A stretch of 64,000 nt of DNA from positions 288,001 to 352,000 of the forward strand of contig CAXXGJ010000018.1 of NCBI GenBank assembly GCA_963677895.2. Reading direction: 5' to 3'. The DNA is from Treponemataceae bacterium (lineage in GTDB: Bacteria; Spirochaetota; Spirochaetia; Treponematales; Rectinemataceae). The stretch's first letter is position 1. Every line of letters begins with the position of its first letter. Under the pieces are notes generated by a model. The model ran no database searches. It was not told the DNA's origin and worked only from the letters and a program-made list of their open reading frames with translations. Below are positions 57,611 to 64,000 of the stretch, piece after piece. Position numbers and translations under genes: made by a program.

Positions 57611-58504
57611 ATGCAAGATACTATAAGAGCAAGGCGCAAATCTAAGGAGATGTGGGGAAGACTCTTCGTGCTTCCGACCGCGATCGTCCTTTTCCTCTTC
57701 GTAGTATACCCAATCAGCTACACAACGATCCTAAGCCTCTGCGACTATAACTTTGCATTCGACCAGAAGCCGACGTTCATAGGCTTTAAGAACTTCACGA
57801 ACATGTTCAAAGACAGTCTGTTCCTGACCGCGCTCTCGAATACACTTGTTTTTACCGCCGTCATGTTCGTCCTCTTGATAGTCCTCTCCTTTGCTTTCGC
57901 GTTCCTTCTGTTCAACAAGAAAAAGCACAGCTGGTTCTACAGGATTGCTATTTTCATGCCCATTGTAGTCCCTGCATCGCTCATCAGCCTTCTTTTCTCA
58001 TGGATGCTTGCGGACAATTTTGGCATTATAAACAAGTTCCTTTTAGAAATAGGACTTTCACAATTCATGCACAACTGGCTCACTGACGCTAAAAGCGCCA
58101 AATGGTGGGTCATAATCGTAAGCACATGGGGTAAAGTCGGGTTCAGCACAATACTCTTCCTCTCTGGCCTTCAAGGCATTTCCCAGGACATGCTCGAAGC
58201 TGCAGAGATAGATGGCGCCATCGGTTGGAAGAAACTTTTCTATATCATAATCCCGAGCCTCTCGGAAACATTTGTTGTCGCTGGCATCTGGTCAATCCTC
58301 CAGTGCTTCAAGCTTTACGTTACTCCCAATGTTCTGACCAACGGTGGACCGGCCAACGCAACGCTGGTCCTTTATCAGGAAATCTACAATGAGGCCTTCC
58401 TCAACTTCGAAATGGGCTACGCATCGGCGATTGCCTTCGTCCTAACGGCCTTAGTGATGATATTCTCAATACTCAATATGAAAATAAGCAGGAATGAGGG
58501 CTGA
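57611..58504 (+). CDS. Carbohydrate ABC permease
   Basis: FIGFKNF, EAAEIDGA, GYASA. Confidence 0.93.
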   Translation: MQDTIRARRKSKEMWGRLFVLPTAIVLFLFVVYPISYTTILSLCDYNFAFDQKPTFIGFKNFTNMFKDSLFLTALSNTLVFTAVMFVLLIVLSFAFAFLLFNKKKHSWFYRIAIFMPIVVPASLISLLFSWMLADNFGIINKFLLEIGLSQFMHNWLTDAKSAKWWVIIVSTWGKVGFSTILFLSGLQGISQDMLEAAEIDGAIGWKKLFYIIIPSLSETFVVAGIWSILQCFKLYVTPNVLTNGGPANATLVLYQEIYNEAFLNFEMGYASAIAFVLTALVMIFSILNMKISRNEG

Positions 58505-58505
58505 A

Positions 58506-59339
58506 ATGGCAAGAAAGCAGAAGAAATCAACCACCATACTGACCTCCGTCGTGCTCATGACAGTCTCGCTGCTCTTCGTACTGCCCATCGTCTTCAACGT
58601 CTTCACGTCGTTCAAGGAATCGGTGGAAATAATCAAGGATATAACGTTTTTCCCACACAAGTGGTCGCTAGTTAACTACGACTACGTTTTCGCGCGCGGG
58701 GCGAAATACCTAAAATACTACCTTAATACGATAATCATAACCATGTCTTCGGTCGCGATCACAGTCGTCCTTTCATCTCTCGCTGGGTATGCGTTCGTGA
58801 AGCTCCCGTTTAGGGGCAGCAACACCCTGCTAAAGGGAATCCTCTTCGTCCTCGCGTTCCCGCTTGCTGCCATACTCATACCGATCTACATAATGGAGTA
58901 CGACCTTGGCATGATAAACACATACATTGGGCTAATTTTCCCCAATCTGCTGATCATCCTGCCTTTCTCAATATTCATAATGCGGGGAACATTCATAAAC
59001 ATGCCCAGCGAGCTCGAGGATTCCGCCGAAATAGACGGATGCAGCGTGCCCCAGACATGGTGGTACATAATGCTCCCCCTTGCGCAAAACGCGCTCATCA
59101 TAGTCTTGGTCTCCGGCTTCTATAGCGTCTGGGGTGAATACACGATTTCCAAAATGCTTGCCACCAAGGACGCCATAATGCCCATCTCGGTAGCTCTCAC
59201 TCTGCTTAAGAGTGAGGACTGGAACTATGGTGTGCTCGCCGCCGCCATCACAATGTCCATAATCCCGCCCATTGTCGTTTTCGCGATTTTCCAGAACCGG
59301 CTTGTGGAAGGTATGTCGGCGGGTGCCGTAAAAGGTTGA
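58506..59339 (+). CDS. Carbohydrate ABC permease
   Basis: ELEDSAEIDG, GAVKG end. Confidence 0.93.
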   Translation: MARKQKKSTTILTSVVLMTVSLLFVLPIVFNVFTSFKESVEIIKDITFFPHKWSLVNYDYVFARGAKYLKYYLNTIIITMSSVAITVVLSSLAGYAFVKLPFRGSNTLLKGILFVLAFPLAAILIPIYIMEYDLGMINTYIGLIFPNLLIILPFSIFIMRGTFINMPSELEDSAEIDGCSVPQTWWYIMLPLAQNALIIVLVSGFYSVWGEYTISKMLATKDAIMPISVALTLLKSEDWNYGVLAAAITMSIIPPIVVFAIFQNRLVEGMSAGAVKG

Positions 59340-59343
59340 CAAT

Positions 59344-60534
59344 ATGAAAACACTCATAAAAAATGCATGCCTAATCCTGCCCGACAGGCTCATAGAAGAT
59401 GCCTGGCTTACCGCGTGCGATGGGATCATAGACGATTTTGGTACCGAAGCCTGCCCCCAAGCCGGTTTCGATAGTGTGATCGACGGGGAGGGCGAGTACC
59501 TCTCGCCCGGTTTCGTGGATACCCACGTCCATGGTGGCGGCGGAACGTGCTTCCACGACGGATCGGAAGAAGCGATTCTGAATTCTCTAAGGACCCACCT
59601 GAAAGGCGGCACCACCACGATACTTCCCACCCTCACGAGCCTACCCCACGATAAATACCTCAGTAGCCTCGGAATGTTCGCCCGGTTGAGCGATTATTTC
59701 CCTGACATGCCCGACATTCCTGAAGTGGAGGGTATCCATATGGAAGGACCTTACTGCTCAGGAGCCGTCCTAGGCGCCCAGGACACCAGAACCTACAGGG
59801 ATGTCGATTACTCCGAGGTGGAGAGGTACCTAGAAATATACCCGAAGATAAAAAAATGGACCGCGGCCTGCGAAAGGGTGGGCGGTATTGAGTTCGGGAG
59901 ATACCTGGAGAAAAAAGGAATAGTCGCTTCCATAGGTCATTCCAATGCGACCCTGCAACAAGTATTCGATGCATACGACTCAGGCTATCGCTGCATAACC
60001 CACCTTTATTCTGCATGCTCCTCCTACCACAGGAACGGCGCCTACCGCGAAGGCGGAATTGTGGAGGCCGCCTTCCTTATCAATGACATGGACGTAGAGA
60101 TGATAGGTGACGGCGTGCACCTCCCTAAGGAATTCCTGCAGTTGATATATAAGATAAAAGGACCGGAGCGCATTTCCTTGATAACCGACGCAACAAGATG
60201 GGCGGGAGTCCCTTTGCCCGACGGAATAAAAAAATACGGCGACGAGGATGAGAAGACTCTGATATACATAGAGCACGGCGTCGCGCTGGTGGAGAACAAA
60301 AGCTGCTTCGCTGGGAGCATAGCCACTTATGCCCGACTTGTGAGGACTGCTACGCAGATCGCCGGGATAAACATGCCCGACGCCATAAGAATGGCCACAC
60401 TTACGCCGGCCAGGTTAATAGGCCTGGACTCAGAAATCGGGAGCATATCGAGAGGGAAGAGGGCGAACCTTGTTCTTTTTGATGGCGACATCAATATAAA
60501 ACACGTTTTCTTGAGAGGGATTCTGGCCATATGA
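59344..60534 (+). CDS. nagA: N-acetylglucosamine-6-phosphate deacetylase (copy 1)
   Basis: PGFVDTHVHG, HMEGPY, GHSNA, THLY, DGVH, TDA, FAGS. Confidence 0.88.
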   Translation: MKTLIKNACLILPDRLIEDAWLTACDGIIDDFGTEACPQAGFDSVIDGEGEYLSPGFVDTHVHGGGGTCFHDGSEEAILNSLRTHLKGGTTTILPTLTSLPHDKYLSSLGMFARLSDYFPDMPDIPEVEGIHMEGPYCSGAVLGAQDTRTYRDVDYSEVERYLEIYPKIKKWTAACERVGGIEFGRYLEKKGIVASIGHSNATLQQVFDAYDSGYRCITHLYSACSSYHRNGAYREGGIVEAAFLINDMDVEMIGDGVHLPKEFLQLIYKIKGPERISLITDATRWAGVPLPDGIKKYGDEDEKTLIYIEHGVALVENKSCFAGSIATYARLVRTATQIAGINMPDAIRMATLTPARLIGLDSEIGSISRGKRANLVLFDGDINIKHVFLRGILAI

Positions 60535-60558
60535 AATTCCTGCACCTGAGGTTTGTCT

Positions 60559-61731
60559 ATGATCATTCGTAACTCCCGGATCGTACTGGAAAACAAAGTG
60601 GTACGCGGAAGTCTTAGAATAAAAGGCTCCCGTATTGTCGCAGTATCAAGATCGGAAATACCCCCGCTCGAAGGTGAAGAGCTTATCGATACAGAAGACT
60701 CCTATGTCATGCCCGGATTCGTAGATCTCCACACTCACGGCTCTGGAGGCTTCGATTTCATGGATGGGGAAGTGTCCGATATAACCGGTGCCGCGAGGAG
60801 CCTCGCCGTCCACGGCACCACGACCTGCCTTCCCACGTTGCTCACAAGCTCGGACGAGGACCTTTTCCTCTTCCTAAGAAACTTCAGGAAAGCCGTGAAG
60901 AAAAGCGGATATACGGTGACCTCCAAAATGCCCGGGATCCATCTGGAAGGACCTTATTTCTCCATGACGGAGAAGGGCGCTCAGGATCCCAGGTACATCC
61001 GCACCCCCGATAAAGCCCATTACATGAAGATAATAGAGGCCGCGGATGGCAGCATAATTCGCTGGTCCGTGGCTCCCGAGCTCGACGGCGCCCTTGAGAT
61101 GATAAACGCTCTCTCAAAAGAAGGCGTGCTCATCTCCGGTGGCCATACAGCCGCAACCTACGAGGACGTCACCAAGGCATACGACCTGGGAATGAAAATG
61201 CTCACCCATTTCTATTCCGGCATGTCCTCCATCACGAGACACGGAGGTTTCAGAGTGCTCGGGACGGTTGAGGCCGGATATCTTATAGATGATCTTTACC
61301 TCGAGCTCATAGGAGATGGCATGCACCTTCCTCCAGAACTATTGAAGCTTATCTTCAGATTCAAGCGCCACGATCGGATAACGGTCTGTTCCGACAGCAT
61401 GCGCGGGGCGGCTATGGGATGCGGACCCTCCATATTGGGCTCGAAGGCGAACGGCACTCCTGTGATCATCGAGGATGGGATCGCGAAGATGCCTGATCGC
61501 ACCTGTTTCGCCGGAAGCGTGGCCACGGGTGACGTGCTCGCCAGAACACTGCACAGGATAGTGGGGCTGGAGATGGAGGAAGTATCCAGGATAACTTCGT
61601 TTCTTCCCGCCGGGCTTATAGGCATAAGCGACGAGACCGGTTCCATAGCCGAAGGGAAAAAGGCAGACCTCGTCATATGCGACGACAATATTAATATCAA
61701 GAGCGTTTTCGTGGATGGAAAACGCGTGTGA
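60559..61731 (+). CDS. nagA: N-acetylglucosamine-6-phosphate deacetylase (copy 2)
   Basis: PGFVDLHTHG, HLEGPY, VAPE, GHTAA, THFY, DGMH, SDS, FAGS. Confidence 0.88.
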   Translation: MIIRNSRIVLENKVVRGSLRIKGSRIVAVSRSEIPPLEGEELIDTEDSYVMPGFVDLHTHGSGGFDFMDGEVSDITGAARSLAVHGTTTCLPTLLTSSDEDLFLFLRNFRKAVKKSGYTVTSKMPGIHLEGPYFSMTEKGAQDPRYIRTPDKAHYMKIIEAADGSIIRWSVAPELDGALEMINALSKEGVLISGGHTAATYEDVTKAYDLGMKMLTHFYSGMSSITRHGGFRVLGTVEAGYLIDDLYLELIGDGMHLPPELLKLIFRFKRHDRITVCSDSMRGAAMGCGPSILGSKANGTPVIIEDGIAKMPDRTCFAGSVATGDVLARTLHRIVGLEMEEVSRITSFLPAGLIGISDETGSIAEGKKADLVICDDNINIKSVFVDGKRV

Positions 61732-61740
61732 GGAGGATTG

Positions 61741-62499
61741 ATGAATATCAATATCAACGTTTCCGCTGATCCCGGGACCCTGGGACAAAGAGCTGCAGAA
61801 AAGATAGCGCAGTACCTCAGGGAAGCAATAATAAAGAAAAGGCATGCTAGAATGATCCTTTCCACCGGCGCAAGCCAGTTCGAGACCATCGCTGCTCTAG
61901 TGAAGGAAGACCTTGACTGGACCAAAGTCGAAATGTTCCATCTGGACGAGTACGTCGTTCTTCCCGAGAGCCATGTCGCGTCCTTCCGCAAGTACCTGAA
62001 GGAACGCTTCGTCGCCGAAGTCGCAAAGAATCCGCGCGGACCGCTGAAGGCCGCTCACTTCGTGAATGGAGAAGGCGATGTGCAGAAGAACATAATAGAG
62101 CTCACAAAGGAGCTCAGGGCGGACGAGATAGACGTGGGCGTAATCGGAATAGGCGAGAACGGACATATAGCGTTCAACGATCCGCCTGCGGATTTCGAAA
62201 TTGACGCGGCGTACAAGGTGGTAGACCTTGACAGGCGCTGCCGCATGCAGCAGGTAGGCGAGGGCTGGTTCAAAGGTTTGGATGACGTTCCCGTTCAGGC
62301 GATAACCATGTGTCCGAAACAGATTATGTCCTGTAGACACATCGTTACCTGCGTCCCACACTCCGTGAAGGCCGAGGCTATTTACAATACCGTCACGCAG
62401 CCTGTGACGCCAAAGGTTCCCGCTACGCTCATGAAGACTCATCCTGATTGGAGCCTCTTCATAGACGACGCTTCGGCCGCGAAGCTGTTTGCCATGTGA
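61741..62499 (+). CDS. nagB: Glucosamine-6-phosphate deaminase
   Basis: STGASQ, FHLDEY, GIGENGHIAFNDP, PAT. Confidence 0.88.
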   Translation: MNININVSADPGTLGQRAAEKIAQYLREAIIKKRHARMILSTGASQFETIAALVKEDLDWTKVEMFHLDEYVVLPESHVASFRKYLKERFVAEVAKNPRGPLKAAHFVNGEGDVQKNIIELTKELRADEIDVGVIGIGENGHIAFNDPPADFEIDAAYKVVDLDRRCRMQQVGEGWFKGLDDVPVQAITMCPKQIMSCRHIVTCVPHSVKAEAIYNTVTQPVTPKVPATLMKTHPDWSLFIDDASAAKLFAM

Positions 62500-62843
62500 T
62501 CGTTATTCTCTGATTTTTACTGGCCCGTCGCGAACATAAAATTTGCGGCGAGCTTTTTTTACCCGCAGCAAAAGAGACCATCCATGATCGTGAGATTCGC
62601 CTCTTAACATGTTGGCGGAATAAGATTGGACGCGGGCTCGATATTTGCCAAAAGCCATAGAGCTGGCTTGTTATTGAGGCGAGTAATTTTACCTGAGACC
62701 ATGCCTTGAAACGATGGTGGATATTTTCAAGGTGTGATCGAAGGTCGTATAGAAAGGGAATACCATCCACGGATGAATCTGTTCTTTTCTGTATTGACAA
62801 CAGTATCCAATAGATACAGTATAAATAAAAAGGAGAATTAAGA

Positions 62844-63986
62844 ATGAAAAAAAAATTCTTTTTCGGTCTCACCACGTTACTTATAATCGTATTATTCGTC
62901 TTGGCGGGTTGCGCAACCACAGTCGGAAGTACCTCTAAAGTGGATACCTACACCCACGCTTCGGCCAATCCGAAAGGTATGTCGGGTTTCCCCGATAAAA
63001 CGCCACTCACGGGAGCAAAGCTCCAGGGCGCCTACGACTTCCTGGCGGATTCTTCCCACTATGCGTACACTCAGAAGGATCTGCCGTCTTTTAACTCAGC
63101 AAAATATCCCCACGGGTTTGACGAAAACTGGCGTTCTAAGTTAAACGGTCGTGTATACCGGGGCCCCTACTACGATCCCTTATGCAGGTCCGTTGACTGG
63201 CTCTCCATTAACCCCAATGGCACAGTGGACGTATCCCTTGGTTCCTATTGGGGCATGGTGACTCCGAATAAGGAACTTCCGGTCTCTGAATTACCGGGAT
63301 ATCAAAAATCGAGCAAGTATCAGATTTTTTCCTACAACTCCTCGGGCCAGATGACCAAGAACTGGAAAGAGCGCAAACGCGGTACCTTTGCTATAGACGC
63401 CTCCCTGGCTGAGTATTATGGCATCGAAGGCAACGGCGTTCTTCTCGTAGAAGTGGCGCTGAACCACTACACCGACGTTGTGGTTACCCCGGAACAGTAC
63501 TATGACGGCTTGCTGCCCGAAAGCTGGTCGATGGGCACCAATTTCGGTCTCAAGGCCATCAATCCTACTTATCCTACCTGGACAGAATTCTGGAAACTGA
63601 ACGAATCGCAGCAAAAGGACGTTCTTGCCAAAATGAACGGCGATGTCAAGGTCAAGGAATTACTGGCGACCCGGGGCTCCTATTTCTGGTTTGATGTCCT
63701 GCAGATCGTCAGCGTTACCAACCTGATCGGCTTTGAGTTTGAATCCGCCAATGGTAAAGTTAACGGCATCGACAAGGACCACGACGGGTTCCTGGATAAA
63801 TATCCTGCTGGCCACGAAAAAGCCGGCCAGCCAATCATCTCCAAAATGTCAAATCTTCGGGTACCCGAGTACAGCCTTTACCTGAACTTTAACGACGGCT
63901 GGTGGTACGACCGCTGGTCCACTCCCGGCCAGATTAAAGTCGTCTATGCCGACGGTACTGTCGTGTCGGATCCCAGAAAGAAATAA
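62844..63986 (+). CDS. Hypothetical lipoprotein
   Basis: MKKK, hydrophobic stretch and LAGC lipobox; GGAG RBS; no family recognised. Confidence 0.8.
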   Translation: MKKKFFFGLTTLLIIVLFVLAGCATTVGSTSKVDTYTHASANPKGMSGFPDKTPLTGAKLQGAYDFLADSSHYAYTQKDLPSFNSAKYPHGFDENWRSKLNGRVYRGPYYDPLCRSVDWLSINPNGTVDVSLGSYWGMVTPNKELPVSELPGYQKSSKYQIFSYNSSGQMTKNWKERKRGTFAIDASLAEYYGIEGNGVLLVEVALNHYTDVVVTPEQYYDGLLPESWSMGTNFGLKAINPTYPTWTEFWKLNESQQKDVLAKMNGDVKVKELLATRGSYFWFDVLQIVSVTNLIGFEFESANGKVNGIDKDHDGFLDKYPAGHEKAGQPIISKMSNLRVPEYSLYLNFNDGWWYDRWSTPGQIKVVYADGTVVSDPRKK

Positions 63987-64000
63987 CGCACTTTCCCCGT

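Noticed and set aside
62500..62843. Possible ncRNA or riboswitch in the 340-bp intergenic region
   Set aside because: No recognisable conserved motif by eye; a covariance-model search would be needed

Overview
A 64 kb bacterial region, probably from an anaerobic spirochaete (inferred from signal-peptide style, tRNA-Ala(CGC) and gene repertoire), made almost entirely of catabolic and transport modules. Left to right: (1) an unlisted minus-strand gene running off the left edge, with about 460 aa of unknown N-terminal sequence fused to a PPDK-type domain. (2) A 16-gene GntR-led operon (3.0-16.7 kb) encoding a CHA/HMG-type aldolase, Ldh_2 dehydrogenase, tungsten AOR, SDR, cupins, an IolN-type ring-opening hydrolase, TRAP transporter, VOC, racemase, TIM-barrel isomerase and Zn-dehydrogenase. 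This is the best candidate for an undescribed pathway; its enzyme set fits oxygen-free ring cleavage of a cyclitol acid such as quinate to pyruvate plus oxaloacetate (inference). (3) A polyol (xylitol-type) locus with a eukaryote-type xylulokinase. (4) A D-aminoacylase module and a GlpA-like triplet. (5) A sugar isomerase/ABC locus whose double-DeoR regulator carries a domain paralogous to the operon's own binding protein. (6) tRNA-Ala and an RraA-TctCBA-IclR module. (7) A tRNA-Thr 3'-half att scar with arm-like repeats and a probable integrase remnant, opening an AT-rich island with aconitase X, FAD oxidoreductase, TRAP, LysR and an IS5-family element. (8) An amino-sugar ABC operon with two nagA genes and nagB, then an orphan lipoprotein. 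No CRISPR array or rRNA was seen. Family calls come from motif recognition by eye, not from database searches.
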